Source of the DNA: Bdellovibrionota bacterium
GTDB lineage: Bacteria > Bdellovibrionota_C > UBA2361 > JBIKWN01
Reading direction: 5' to 3'
DNA: 49,534 nucleotides
Assembly (NCBI GenBank): GCA_044356295.1
Contig: JBIKWN010000014.1
Span: 1 to 49,534 of the forward strand
Position numbers and translations under genes: made by a program. This document shows positions 1-10,796 of the stretch, in pieces. The notes beneath the pieces are model-generated. The model ran no database searches. It was given only the letters and a program-made list of their open reading frames with translations, and was not told where the DNA came from. Every line of letters begins with the position of its first letter. Position 1 is the stretch's first letter.

Positions 1-55
1 GAAGTACGCGAAGGATTTAATTTAGTCCTTCGCGTACTTCGCGACCTTCGCGTTA
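1..55. repeat. GC-rich palindrome built from 9-bp CTTCGCGnn units (REP-like; possible terminator of topA), probably cut by the window edge
   Basis: GAAGTACGCGAAGGA (1-15) is the exact reverse complement of TCCTTCGCGTACTTC (26-40); the right arm continues as CTTCGCGTA-CTTCGCGAC-CTTCGCGTT; lies just downstream of the topA stop. Confidence 0.75.
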
Positions 56-68
56 CATAAAGATAGAG

Positions 69-2759
69 TTATTCAGTGTCTGCTTTCTTAGCTTTCTTCT
101 TAGCAGGAGCCTTCTTCACAACTTCTTTTTTCTCCTTAACAGGCTTGGCCTCTTTTGGAGCGGCAGCTTTTTTAGCACCACCTTTTTTCTTTCTACCACC
201 AGCAGCAGCACGAGATTCAATTAACGCCAATGCTTCAACAATGGTGAACTGCTCAATATCAACGCCTTCTGGAAGTGTTGCATTCGTTTCACCGTCAGTG
301 ACGTAATCTCCGTACTTACCAGATTTGATAACAATTTTCTTCTTTGACTGATTATCAACGCCAAGCTCTTTAATAATCTTTGATTGTTGCACTGTTCTGC
401 CACCACGGGTTTTTTGGCGAGAGAAAAGATCAATTGCTTGCTCCAACGTCAAAGCTAATGGTGGAAACTCTTCCATTGGAATGGTTCTGTTATCTTTTCC
501 GCACTTCACGTAAGGACCGTAACGACCATTGGAAAGAATAATCTCTTCTCCAAGCTCCGGATGATTTCCTAAAGATTTTGGAAGCTCTAAAAGTTTTTTT
601 GCAATCTCAAAAGTAACTTCATCTGGTTTTTGATTTGGAAGAAGTGAGGACATCTTTGGTTTTTCTTCGCCTTCAACCATATCACCGAGTTGCAAGTAAG
701 GACCGAATCGACCTTTTTTAAGATATGCAGGTTTACCATCAATTTCACCAAGACTTTGAGGTCCTTTTTTTGCATCTTCAAGAACTTTAATCGCGACACT
801 TAAATTCAACTCATCAGGAGCAATAGAATCAGGAACGCTTGCTCGATTTTCGCCATCTGTAATAAATGGTCCAAATCGACCAATTCTGATTTCAACAGTT
901 CTTCCGTCTTCGCTCTGTCCTAGGGGAAGTCCATTTACTTCGCGTGGATCAATAGTTTTCTCACCGTTTTCCACCATTGCCTGAAGCCCTGGATGACCGT
1001 TTCCGAAATAGAATTTTCTAAGGTAACTAATATTTTCTGCTTCACCACGAGCAATAGCATCAAGATCATCTTCAAGCTTAGCAGTAAACTCGTAATCCAT
1101 AAGATTCGTAAAGTTTTTCTCCATGAGACCAGTGAGCGCTTGCGCAAGGAATGTGGGAATAAGAGCAGTGCCTTTCTTAAAGGCATAAGAACGAGAGAGA
1201 ACAACATCAACAATAGTTGCCCAAGTACTAGGTCGTCCAATACCGAGTCGTTCTAATTCTTTAATTAAACTTCCTTCAGTAAACCTTGCAGGTGGTTGAG
1301 TATCGTGACCAATTGCATCAAGTTTTTCAGTCTTTAACGATTCGCCTTCAACCATCTTTGGAAGAATTCTTTCTTGATCTGCAAGCTCTGCATCAGGATC
1401 GTCGAATCCTTCAACATATGCTCGTAAGAATCCAGGAAATTCAATAGTTTTTCCTGATGCTCTAAACCGTGTGCTATCAAGTTCAATACTTACAACAACA
1501 CGTGTTCCTGTTGCATCTTTCATCTGACAAGCAAGCATTCGCTTCCAAATTAAGTCGTACAGTTTGAAAGCTTCAATTCCAAGTTTTGCTTTTACTGTAT
1601 CAGGATGTGTGAAATCACTTCCAGCAGGCCGAACAGCTTCGTGCGCTTCTTGAGCGTTTTTTACTTTAGTTTTATAGATGCGAGGCTCTGTTGGTATAAA
1701 TTCCTTACCGAATTCTCTGGTAATTAAATTTCGTGATCCATTGATTGCTTCCTCAGAAAGATTCGTCGAATCTGTTCTCATGTAAGTAATGTAACCGTTT
1801 TCATACAACATCTGCGCAACTTGCATTGTCCGTCTTGCAGCGAATCCAAGTTTTCTACTTGCTTCTTGTTGAAGGGTACTTGTAGTAAACGGTGGAGAAG
1901 GTTTTTGCGAATACGGCTTTGTCTCAATCTGAGAAACTTGCGGTGTTGCCTTAAGAAGTCTGTCTCGAAGTTTTATCGCATCTTCATTTTTTAAATGAAC
2001 AATGTCGTCATTATCTTTTAGAAGCCCAGTATTTGCGTCAAAATCTTTTCCAGTTGCAACACGTTTACCTGAAACGTGCGTTAATTCTGCTTCAAAACTT
2101 TCAACGTTTTGTTGTTTCGAAATTGTTTCAAATTGTGCTTTTAGATCCCAGAAATTTGCAGTTTTAAACCGCATTCTTTCTCGTTCACGATCAACTAAAA
2201 GCTTCATTGCAACGCTTTGTACTCGTCCTGCGGAAAGTCTTGGACCCATCTTCTTCCAAAGAAGAGGACTTACACTGTACCCATACAGTCTATCGATTAT
2301 ACGTCTTGTCTCTTGAGCTCTTACAAGATTCGTGTCGATCTCTCTTGTTGATCTTAGTGATTCCTGAATCGCACTTTTAGTAATCTCATGAAAAACCAAA
2401 CGTTTTACCGGCACCTTAGGTTGTAAAACTTCAAGCAAGTGCCAACTAATTGATTCCCCTTCTCTATCTTCATCCGTTGCGAGCAAGATTTCGTCAGCGT
2501 CTTTCATGGCTCGTTGTAGTTCTTTAACACGCTTTTCTTTTTCTGAAGGAATAATATAGAGCGGATCAAAATCCTTATCGACGTTTATACCAAGTCGGGT
2601 CCATTTCTCTTTCTTGATAGCGAGTGGAATTTCAGAGGCATTACCTGGAAGATCACGTACATGACCATAAGAGGCCATGACTTCGTAATCACTACCTAAG
2701 AATTTCTCAATTGTTCGAGCCTTTGTTGGAGACTCCACGATGACTAAGGTCTTTACCAT
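69..2759 (-). CDS. topA: DNA topoisomerase I (type IA) with C-terminal repeats and Lys/Ala-rich tail
   Basis: N-terminal Toprim LVIVESPTKA, ATDEDREGE, SAGRVQS, catalytic GYITYMRTDS, EAHEAVRP, repeated GRFGPY/GRYGPY C-terminal motifs. Confidence 0.98.
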   Translation of the reverse strand: MVKTLVIVESPTKARTIEKFLGSDYEVMASYGHVRDLPGNASEIPLAIKKEKWTRLGINVDKDFDPLYIIPSEKEKRVKELQRAMKDADEILLATDEDREGESISWHLLEVLQPKVPVKRLVFHEITKSAIQESLRSTREIDTNLVRAQETRRIIDRLYGYSVSPLLWKKMGPRLSAGRVQSVAMKLLVDRERERMRFKTANFWDLKAQFETISKQQNVESFEAELTHVSGKRVATGKDFDANTGLLKDNDDIVHLKNEDAIKLRDRLLKATPQVSQIETKPYSQKPSPPFTTSTLQQEASRKLGFAARRTMQVAQMLYENGYITYMRTDSTNLSEEAINGSRNLITREFGKEFIPTEPRIYKTKVKNAQEAHEAVRPAGSDFTHPDTVKAKLGIEAFKLYDLIWKRMLACQMKDATGTRVVVSIELDSTRFRASGKTIEFPGFLRAYVEGFDDPDAELADQERILPKMVEGESLKTEKLDAIGHDTQPPARFTEGSLIKELERLGIGRPSTWATIVDVVLSRSYAFKKGTALIPTFLAQALTGLMEKNFTNLMDYEFTAKLEDDLDAIARGEAENISYLRKFYFGNGHPGLQAMVENGEKTIDPREVNGLPLGQSEDGRTVEIRIGRFGPFITDGENRASVPDSIAPDELNLSVAIKVLEDAKKGPQSLGEIDGKPAYLKKGRFGPYLQLGDMVEGEEKPKMSSLLPNQKPDEVTFEIAKKLLELPKSLGNHPELGEEIILSNGRYGPYVKCGKDNRTIPMEEFPPLALTLEQAIDLFSRQKTRGGRTVQQSKIIKELGVDNQSKKKIVIKSGKYGDYVTDGETNATLPEGVDIEQFTIVEALALIESRAAAGGRKKKGGAKKAAAPKEAKPVKEKKEVVKKAPAKKKAKKADTE

Positions 2760-2908
2760 ATGCTGCTTCTACGACTGGGTTCCCTAAACTTTTTTCCTGT
2801 AACCTCTAATAATAAGGACAAAAATAGATGAAAATTTCGGTTCGAGGATACATTAAAAATCGAGGCGCGCAAGGAAGTTTACCTAACTACCTGTTATTAC
2901 TAATTTTT

Positions 2909-3898
2909 CTATAGTAATACTGCTGCCAATCCTAATAACAAACCCATGCTAACAATATCAGTGGCTGTTGTGAGAAATATACTAGAAGCAGTTGCAGGAT
3001 CTGCACCAAGTCGCTTTAAGGTCATTGGGACTAATGCTCCAGATAAGCCACTAATCATACAACTTGCTACCATTGCTACCAGTACAATTGAAGCTAACAT
3101 TGCTGCATCTTCACTTCCCTGACTCTGAGCAAGGAAGTACATAACGAAACCTGCTATCAAACCGACAAAAAATCCATTTAACAAACCGAGCAATAATTCT
3201 TTTAGAATAATTTTTGTCTTAGATATCTGTGTGAAATCTCCAAGAGTAAGACCTCGGATAGTTACAGCAAGCGCTTGTGATCCAGTATTACCTGATTGTC
3301 CTGCAAGCACAGGAAGAAACGAAGCCAGGATAACATATTTATCAATCGTGCCCTGAAAAATGCTAACAATTGCGCCAGCAGCAAAAGCAGTAGCGAGATT
3401 AATTTGCAACCAGGGATGACGATAACGAAAACTTGTTAACCACGCGGTATAGAGTCGTTCTTCCTTACCGACACCCACCATACTTCCCGCTTGCGCACTG
3501 AGCTCAACTGCTTGTTCTTCAAAGAGCTTACTTCCACGAAGCTCACCCACAAGTTGACCTGATGCATCGCAAACTGGATAGACAGGAAAATGTCTAACAA
3601 TAGCTTCTTTCATTGCATCAAGAATTGAAGAAGATTCAAAAAGAAAAAAGGGATTTTTTAACATTACCTGCGAAACTACTGTCGATGGATCGTTAAAAAG
3701 AAGGTCTCGCATTGTAATGATACCCTCTAATTTATTCTGGTCATTTACAATAAAACCATAGGTAACAAAATCATTTTGAATGATTCCGTGTAGAGCCTCC
3801 GTAATTTGCTTTACTGTAGAATTGAGGTCAAAAACGGCTACCGGTGTAACCATCAGTGAGGCAACAGTATCATGAGAGGATTTTATTTGCTCTTTCAT
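2909..3898 (-). CDS. mgtE: MgtE-family magnesium transporter (CBS pair plus membrane domain, no N-terminal MgtE_N domain)
   Basis: CBS motifs (GIITMRDLL), RHPWL, GQSGNTGSQ, GADPATAS..TTATD membrane motifs. Confidence 0.88.
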   Translation of the reverse strand: MKEQIKSSHDTVASLMVTPVAVFDLNSTVKQITEALHGIIQNDFVTYGFIVNDQNKLEGIITMRDLLFNDPSTVVSQVMLKNPFFLFESSSILDAMKEAIVRHFPVYPVCDASGQLVGELRGSKLFEEQAVELSAQAGSMVGVGKEERLYTAWLTSFRYRHPWLQINLATAFAAGAIVSIFQGTIDKYVILASFLPVLAGQSGNTGSQALAVTIRGLTLGDFTQISKTKIILKELLLGLLNGFFVGLIAGFVMYFLAQSQGSEDAAMLASIVLVAMVASCMISGLSGALVPMTLKRLGADPATASSIFLTTATDIVSMGLLLGLAAVLL

Positions 3899-3975
3899 TA
3901 CTTAGAAGTATATATAGTTATAACTGTATGGCTCAAAAAATGTAATTACCGATTTTTATTCTAAAAAAGTAAGCT

Positions 3976-4536
3976 ATGAATCGCAATGATGCCCAAAAAC
4001 TCCTAGAAGAATATGTCAGCTCCGAGAGCCTCAGAGGGCACTGCAAAGGTGTTGCGGTCTGTATGGAATGGCAAGCTAAAAAACATTCGCTTTCTCAAGC
4101 TGATATAGATAGATGGTATGTTGCAGGACTGCTCCACGATTTTGATTACGAAAAATATCCTGATCCCACTCCGCCTGACGGACATCCATTTAAAGGTGTC
4201 ACTATCTTAAAAGAGTTGGGGCTCGATGATGAATCATTACAAGCGATTTTAGGACACGCTCTTTATACCAATACTCCAAGAACAACGTTAATGGCAAAAA
4301 CTCTTTTTGCTGTTGATGAACTGAGTGGTCTTGTCACTGCTTGTATTTGGGTTCGTCCAGATAAAAGCTATCAATCACTTGAAGTTTCATCAGTAAGAAA
4401 AAAGTTTAAAGACAAAGCATTTGCTCGTGGATGTAATAGAGACGAAATAAAACTTGCTGCAGAAGAGCTTGGCATTGAGTTAGAAAATCTTATGCAAGAA
4501 GTTATCACTGCACTAAAAGAAGCGAATAGTAATTAA
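3976..4536 (+). CDS. HD-domain (HDIG-like) metal-dependent phosphohydrolase
   Basis: [13 protein letters not shown] and [18 protein letters not shown] motifs of this HD family. Confidence 0.9.
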   Translation: MNRNDAQKLLEEYVSSESLRGHCKGVAVCMEWQAKKHSLSQADIDRWYVAGLLHDFDYEKYPDPTPPDGHPFKGVTILKELGLDDESLQAILGHALYTNTPRTTLMAKTLFAVDELSGLVTACIWVRPDKSYQSLEVSSVRKKFKDKAFARGCNRDEIKLAAEELGIELENLMQEVITALKEANSN

Positions 4537-6413
4537 GCTGCGATAGCGTTATTTGAGCGTGCTCGTTTAAGATAAACTGCTAAAAGAGTAATCACTGTTG
4601 GTGTCATCCCTGGGATCCTCATTGCTTGCCCAAGAGAATGTGGTCTCATTTTCTTTAATTTTTCTCTTGCCTCAATTCGAAGTGACGGTATCGAATCATA
4701 ACAAAAATCATCTGGAATAGTTTCTTGCTCATGTTTTTTAAGCTTAAGAATCTCTTCATCTTGCTTGCGAAGGTATCCTTCAAATTTCAATTCTGTTTGC
4801 ATTGCAGTAACAAGCTCATCAGGAACTTTCTCGTCTGAGAATGGAACTTTCTTTAAGATATCTTCTAAGTTCATTTCGGGGCGACGAGTAAGTGTCGAAA
4901 CTAATATCGAATCTTTGAGCTCTGCACTTCCTAAGGTTCGAAGCCATTCATTCACATCATCAGTAGGTTTGATTCTAAAAGAGTGCGCCCACTTATTAAG
5001 GGATCGGAACTGCGTTGATTTCTGCTGATACCTACTTTTTTGCTGATCAGAATAAAGCCCTAAAGATTCAGCTTTACCACCTAATCGTAGCAACGCATTA
5101 TCTTCACGAAGTACTAATCGATATTCAGCTCTTGATGTAAACATTCTATAAGGCTCATCCACTCCATTGGTGATTAGATCATCGATCATTACACCGATAT
5201 AAGCATCCCCTCGAGAAAGTAAAAACTCATCTTTATTTTGGATTTTCAATGCAGCATTAGCTCCGGCAATTAATCCTTGAGCAGCAGCTTCTTCATAACC
5301 AGACGTACCATTAATTTGTCCAGCTAAAAATAAGTTAGAAATTAATTTAGTTTCAAGAGTTGGCTTTAACCCTCGTGGATCAATGAAATCATACTCTACT
5401 GCGTAGCCTGCCTTGATAATCTTTGCATTTTCTAACCCAGGAATCATTGCAAGAAATTTCTCTTGCACATCGTACGGCAAGCTTGTTGATATTCCATTTG
5501 GGTACACGATATCAGAATCGTATCCTTCAGGTTCCAGGAAAATATTGTGTGAATTTTTATCAGCAAATCGAAAAACTTTATCTTCAATTGATGGACAATA
5601 CCGTGGACCACCAGATGTAATTTGTCCGTTAAACATTGGACTTTGATCTTTGTTTGCACGAATCAGATCATGTACTGCTTGATTTGTGCGAGTAACCCAA
5701 CATGAGATCTGCTTCTGATGAATAGCATCAGTCATAAATGAAAATGGTTTCGGAGGTGTGTCGCCAGGTTGCTCAGTTGTTTTTGAAAAATCAATTGTTG
5801 ATAGTTTAATACGAGGAGGCGTTCCTGTTTTTAAACGACCTAATTCAAAACCTAGATTCTTCAACGAATCACTTAGGTTATTAGAAGCTCTATCGTCAAC
5901 TCTTCCACCACATGTTTGAACAACACCAGTATGCATGAGCCCACGAAGAAATGTTCCTGAAGTCAGTACAACAGAGTGAGCGTCGACTAACGATCCATCA
6001 GCAAGTGTTACGCCTACTACTTCCTGATTACCATTTGTCCTAATCGAACTGACTTCACCTTCAATAATTGAAATATTAGAAAATGAATCAATATGTTTTT
6101 GAACTTCTTTTTTATACAGATCTCTGTCTGCTTGTACTCTTGATGCTCGGACTGCAGAACCGCGACTTTCATTGAGAGTTCGAAACTGAATACCCGTTTT
6201 ATCAATCGCCTGAGCCATGATACCGCCGAGTGCATCCACCTCTTTTACAAGCTGGCCCTTACCAAGTCCGCCAATGGCAGGATTGCAAGACATCTGTCCA
6301 ATCCCATCCCGAGTAAAGGTGACCAGACAAACCGAAGCTCCAAGGCGTGCAGCTGCCGCAGCTGCCTCTGAGCCAGCATGACCACCGCCTATTACTAAAA
6401 CATCAAAAATCAT
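4533..6413 (-). CDS. mnmG: tRNA uridine-5-carboxymethylaminomethyl(34) synthesis enzyme MnmG (GidA)
   Basis: GGGHAG FAD motif, [49 protein letters not shown]. Confidence 0.98.
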   Translation of the reverse strand: MIFDVLVIGGGHAGSEAAAAAARLGASVCLVTFTRDGIGQMSCNPAIGGLGKGQLVKEVDALGGIMAQAIDKTGIQFRTLNESRGSAVRASRVQADRDLYKKEVQKHIDSFSNISIIEGEVSSIRTNGNQEVVGVTLADGSLVDAHSVVLTSGTFLRGLMHTGVVQTCGGRVDDRASNNLSDSLKNLGFELGRLKTGTPPRIKLSTIDFSKTTEQPGDTPPKPFSFMTDAIHQKQISCWVTRTNQAVHDLIRANKDQSPMFNGQITSGGPRYCPSIEDKVFRFADKNSHNIFLEPEGYDSDIVYPNGISTSLPYDVQEKFLAMIPGLENAKIIKAGYAVEYDFIDPRGLKPTLETKLISNLFLAGQINGTSGYEEAAAQGLIAGANAALKIQNKDEFLLSRGDAYIGVMIDDLITNGVDEPYRMFTSRAEYRLVLREDNALLRLGGKAESLGLYSDQQKSRYQQKSTQFRSLNKWAHSFRIKPTDDVNEWLRTLGSAELKDSILVSTLTRRPEMNLEDILKKVPFSDEKVPDELVTAMQTELKFEGYLRKQDEEILKLKKHEQETIPDDFCYDSIPSLRIEAREKLKKMRPHSLGQAMRIPGMTPTVITLLAVYLKRARSNNAIAA

Positions 6414-6483
6414 ATCTAGGTTGGGAGTATACCAGAGAGATTAATTCATGTATCGCCGGGGAGGAGCAAAATATTAACTAGAG

Positions 6484-6579
6484 ACCATCTAGCACCCCCG
6501 TGACCGTGACCCTGAGCGTGAGCGTGACCGGTCCTTCGCTCACGCCTACGCTCACGGTCAAGGTCACGGGACACCATCT
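6484..6579. repeat. Hexamer-built inverted repeat flanked by a 7-bp direct repeat (MITE/REP-like)
   Basis: Left arm CCC-GTGACC-GTGACC-CTGAGC-GTGAGC-GTGACC; right arm GCTCAC-GCCTAC-GCTCAC-GGTCAA-GGTCAC-GGG; ACCATCT at 6484-6490 and 6573-6579. Confidence 0.75.
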
Positions 6580-6785
6580 TAGTTACACTGTTTTACAGGA
6601 GCTAACTAATGAAATTAGAATGATCATTCTAAAGACCTAACTCTCTGATTTTACTCAATTAACCACTTCAAACACTTAAATTAAAGTCGTTTCATGCGAA
6701 TATCACTGCACTTGGGGAATCTAAACTGACGATTACTATTACACGCGACCAAGGGCTTAAGAACCCTCGGTAGCAAAAAGGTGAT

Positions 6786-7619
6786 TTGTTAAAAATGAAT
6801 ACTCGATGCCCTCAAAATATACCGGTAGTTTTTCGAAGTAGAAAAACATCCCTACCAGTCTCTGTTCTTCGAAGGATTGGTCTCTCTGCTCGAGAGGCTA
6901 CATCACTAGGAATGATCTCTGTGGTAACAGCACTCTCCTCAATATATTTTCTATTAAACATATACATTACCCCTGAGCCCTATTCAGTAACTAACTCACT
7001 TGCAAATATTCGGACTATCATGACAAAACTGGAACAACATCAGTTTGTGTCACGACTCAATTCTATTGAGAAATATGCAGTGGCAAATAAAGTTCATTTT
7101 GTATCTTCATTAATCAACAGAAATAACAGACTACGTAATAATGAAGTAGCTATTTCAATTGTTACAGAAAGTTTACGAGCAGATGTTGATCCTTTACTGA
7201 TCGCCGCAATAATAAAATCCGAAAGCACTTTTAAAGTAAATGCAGTCTCTGTAAAAGGGGCTCGAGGACTTATGCAGCTTATGCCTGATACTGCCCGCTT
7301 TGCAGAAGCACGACTCCTCAAACCTGATTGGCAACGGGTTGGAACAGATATTCATAAAATTGATTACAATATATCTTTAGGAATTTCATATTTAAAACAT
7401 CTTGAAGATTCATTTAATGGCAATCGTGAACTTGCACTGATTGCTTATAATTGGGGTCCTGGAAATTTAAAAAATGCTCTTAAAAATAAATCTCATATTC
7501 CTGAAAGTACAAAATCATACGCGAGAAAAATTATTAGAACTCATCAGCGTTGGCAGGGTGAAATGAAGGTTCTTGCTCTTGTTGGTAGTCAAGAACAGCC
7601 TAGGAAAATACCTACGTAA
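6786..7619 (+). CDS. Lytic transglycosylase (SLT domain) with N-terminal membrane anchor
   Basis: AIIKSESTF (catalytic Glu), GARGLMQLMP, AYNWGPG; ATG at 6795 is an alternative start. Confidence 0.92.
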   Translation: MLKMNTRCPQNIPVVFRSRKTSLPVSVLRRIGLSAREATSLGMISVVTALSSIYFLLNIYITPEPYSVTNSLANIRTIMTKLEQHQFVSRLNSIEKYAVANKVHFVSSLINRNNRLRNNEVAISIVTESLRADVDPLLIAAIIKSESTFKVNAVSVKGARGLMQLMPDTARFAEARLLKPDWQRVGTDIHKIDYNISLGISYLKHLEDSFNGNRELALIAYNWGPGNLKNALKNKSHIPESTKSYARKIIRTHQRWQGEMKVLALVGSQEQPRKIPT

Positions 7620-7635
7620 AGCCAAAATTGCTTTT

Positions 7636-9162
7636 CTAGTACCAGATGCCCCAGTATGCTTCTGGATATTTCGTTAATTGAAATTGATTAAGTGATGGAA
7701 AAAATCGTTTAGCCTTAGCCATCCATATATGTTGCAAATCAGTCCTACCGATAAAGACAGGGCTCCTTCCTGTTTTAATTGCTAAATTGACTACTTGTGA
7801 AATTTGTTGAGGAAATCTTGAGAGCTCAATATAGACAACTGCTTGATCAGGGTCTCCGTAAAGAGATTGAAAATAATATCCACCCCAATCAGTGACAACG
7901 TATAATTTCGTCTTGGCAACGAATTGAGTATTAAGAACTTCATTAATTTCAGTAAGGCTCCACTCATTTTCTGTTCTAATTTTTACCTGTGTTAAGGTGT
8001 AATAAAAAGTACTCTGAATTAAAATCAAAGTTAAAAGCATCACATAGCGAAAATACTTTTGCGCTTTACTATTCTGTTTGTACGTTAGTAAGTTCAACGT
8101 TAAGAGCGCTGTGAGAGGAACAAATATAAAGGCTAAATGATGAGCACTATTACATAGTTTGTTATTACCTATCAGAATATAAATAAGTAACACTGAAATA
8201 CATAAAGCAATATTGGCAAAAAAAGTGCCTTTGGAGCGAAGCGAACCGAGACAGATCACTGACAATGTGCAGATCCAAAAGATATAAGTCATTACTTGTA
8301 ACGATCTATCGGTTATATAATGCCTCATCGCAAAATGAGGAATGTTAACAAGGAATTCAAGAACTTCTGCTCTTGTCCATAACTCGTTGAAACCTACACT
8401 TTTATTGAGAGCGACTATGAAAGTAAACCAAGGGGTTCCTGTTGTATCGCGTGCAGTAAAAACTATCAAAATAAAAATAGCCGCAGTTATCAATGATACA
8501 AAAAGTGATTTAATATAATCTTTAAAAAAATCATCTTTTTGTTGATGAATTTTTATAAGAAGAAACCACCATATCAACATAAATGGGGTGAGTACGAAAA
8601 AGAAGGGCTTATTCCAAAAGGCGACAAATCCCATAAAACCGACAAGACAATCAGAAAACAGGTTTCTTTTTTTTCTGACTAAGAGATACGGCAGAGTGAA
8701 CGCTGCAAAAAACTGAAAGCCAATTGGACCCGTATCTAAGATAACCGTATAGCTCAGTGGAAACATCCATGTTACTAAAACAAGCGTTAAAGGGAGACGA
8801 ATTTTCAAGCCTCTCGATATTCCGTAAGCAATTCCTACTAAAGAAAAGACACCAAGTATTCTTGCAGAATGATAACTTTGCCAAATATAAAAAAGAGGTG
8901 CGTACAGTAAGGATGGCATACTTCCAATATAAGGGTATGACCGAAGTGGCAATGAAAAACCAAAGATACTTAGGTAAATATCATTACAGGGTGCTTGAAA
9001 GGTATTGAGACTATTTGCAGGATAAAAAAGACATGCAAGTGCATGATAATGAACAAACTCATCCATATCCGGAGGTACTATTATTAATAAGAACAGAATG
9101 GGCACAAATGCAAATAATACTAAGAGAAGATCTTTAATATTCTTATTACTGGTGTCGGACAT
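7636..9162 (-). CDS. Polytopic membrane protein, probable GT-C fold glycosyltransferase
   Basis: About 11-13 hydrophobic segments, acidic DMDE motif in the first loop after TM1, C-terminal soluble domain. Confidence 0.55.
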   Translation of the reverse strand: MSDTSNKNIKDLLLVLFAFVPILFLLIIVPPDMDEFVHYHALACLFYPANSLNTFQAPCNDIYLSIFGFSLPLRSYPYIGSMPSLLYAPLFYIWQSYHSARILGVFSLVGIAYGISRGLKIRLPLTLVLVTWMFPLSYTVILDTGPIGFQFFAAFTLPYLLVRKKRNLFSDCLVGFMGFVAFWNKPFFFVLTPFMLIWWFLLIKIHQQKDDFFKDYIKSLFVSLITAAIFILIVFTARDTTGTPWFTFIVALNKSVGFNELWTRAEVLEFLVNIPHFAMRHYITDRSLQVMTYIFWICTLSVICLGSLRSKGTFFANIALCISVLLIYILIGNNKLCNSAHHLAFIFVPLTALLTLNLLTYKQNSKAQKYFRYVMLLTLILIQSTFYYTLTQVKIRTENEWSLTEINEVLNTQFVAKTKLYVVTDWGGYYFQSLYGDPDQAVVYIELSRFPQQISQVVNLAIKTGRSPVFIGRTDLQHIWMAKAKRFFPSLNQFQLTKYPEAYWGIWY

Positions 9163-9164
9163 AA

Positions 9165-10793
9165 CTATTTTTTATTAACTTTTAGAAGTGAACATGCTCT
9201 TTCGCCCGTTGGCAGATCTATTGTTTTTAAAACTCTCGCATAGCCAGAAGCAATTTCATAATCTACTGGTGGAATTCCTGGTCGATTATGATGGAGAATA
9301 TATACATCGATATCATTCTTATGTTGAGTAACAAAAGTGTATGGGCCGAACTCTGGACGTTTTGTTAAAAAACCTCCATTGATAAGCCTCTCATTCTGTA
9401 AGGATAAAATTGGAGGATACGTAATCTGCATTACTGTTGAACCAATTGGCATCAAATCTGGAAAATCATGCATCAAAGCAGGGATGCAAACACCCCAGTA
9501 ATCCCTTGTAAAATCATCTTTTCCTACACTGCCTATAAGTGGACTTTTATAGACATAGGAATATTGTTGCCATTGTCCGTATGAAATAAAAGCTGTTGAA
9601 AATAACAATATGATTCCTATCAATTGTGTTTTTTTATGATAATACGACCAACCGAGAGCTGAAAAAATTAGAAGCGGAGTAAAAAGAAAGAATATATGTC
9701 TATCCTCATCATAGAGCTGCGGATGCATAATTAGCACCGATGCGAGCGATGCAATAAACCAGCACGCTAGCCAAAGGGGGAAAGATATTTTCTGTATACT
9801 AAAGGAAAATGGAAATAAGTTTCTCCAATTTTTTAAATAGCCAAATAATCCTAGGATAATACAGATAAAACAAACTGGTGTGATACTTATCGGAAGCCAA
9901 AGAAGAGGATACCAAAAAGGAACATTACTATCTTGCCAAAACAAACCAAGAACCCTAACCGGAATTGGGGCGACAAAATTTTTAAAGATTGAAAAACTCT
10001 CGATATATCCATTAAATCCATGGATCCAAAGCGCTGGCCAGAAAGAAAAAGTAAAAACAAAAAAAGTCAAAGGTACGAGGAATATTGGGATCAGATCAAA
10101 AAATGCAAACTGCTTCTTAAGAGCTCTTTCGAGAGCGTAATAAATTATACAACCATAAAAAATACCAATTGGAAAAAGCATTGGTGCACGAATTAAATAG
10201 GGGATACTCATTAGACACGTTAGTGTTGTGGTAGAAATTATAACGCTTGTTAGTCTTTTCTGTTGTAGGAATGAAAAAAGTTTTCCTAATCCTATCCAAG
10301 AAGCAATTGAGCAGATAAAAAAACTGATTGCCATTGGGGCATCTGAAATATTTATAAGACTATGCCCACCGAGACGAATATACGAAAGCACCATACCTAC
10401 AGCGATCCATGCAACAGAGGTTTGATAACCTGTTTTTTTAATTGATAACCAAATAAAAAATAAGCTGCACGGAAATAATGCAAATGTAGATGCATGCCTT
10501 ACCCATGTCGGATCTTTTAAAAATGGGAAAATAGTATAGGCAATAATACCAATACAAAGCTGCCAAAATGGCCCGTACCATTCAAGAAGAGGAGTAATAA
10601 ATTCCTTCCTTCCATCCATTGGTAAGCCAAATTGAAAAAGAATGTAATTTCCCCTATCAAGCTGATCGGTACTATCCCAAGTACCAACGCCAACATGGGT
10701 AAAAAGAAATCCAAAGAGAAGCGATATAAAAATTACAAGGCACCATATCTTGCCAGATGCCTCACTTCCATTTGAAGCAGTTGTTGGTATCAC
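9165..10793 (-). CDS. Polytopic membrane protein, probable GT-C (ArnT/PMT-like) glycosyltransferase
   Basis: Many TM segments; WD after TM1, WYGP, GHS.IN..D.P, LYDEDRH and DYWG motifs seen in this type of membrane glycosyltransferase. Confidence 0.6.
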   Translation of the reverse strand: MIPTTASNGSEASGKIWCLVIFISLLFGFLFTHVGVGTWDSTDQLDRGNYILFQFGLPMDGRKEFITPLLEWYGPFWQLCIGIIAYTIFPFLKDPTWVRHASTFALFPCSLFFIWLSIKKTGYQTSVAWIAVGMVLSYIRLGGHSLINISDAPMAISFFICSIASWIGLGKLFSFLQQKRLTSVIISTTTLTCLMSIPYLIRAPMLFPIGIFYGCIIYYALERALKKQFAFFDLIPIFLVPLTFFVFTFSFWPALWIHGFNGYIESFSIFKNFVAPIPVRVLGLFWQDSNVPFWYPLLWLPISITPVCFICIILGLFGYLKNWRNLFPFSFSIQKISFPLWLACWFIASLASVLIMHPQLYDEDRHIFFLFTPLLIFSALGWSYYHKKTQLIGIILLFSTAFISYGQWQQYSYVYKSPLIGSVGKDDFTRDYWGVCIPALMHDFPDLMPIGSTVMQITYPPILSLQNERLINGGFLTKRPEFGPYTFVTQHKNDIDVYILHHNRPGIPPVDYEIASGYARVLKTIDLPTGERACSLLKVNKK

Positions 10794-10796
10794 TCT

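Noticed and set aside
6497..6570. CRISPR array or coding repeat
   Set aside because: Units are 6 bp with no spacers, there are no cas genes, and no ORF spans the repeat.
6690..6790. Riboswitch upstream of the lytic transglycosylase
   Set aside because: Only a weak hairpin (AGGG/CCCT) is visible; conserved c-di-AMP or c-di-GMP aptamer motifs were not found by eye.
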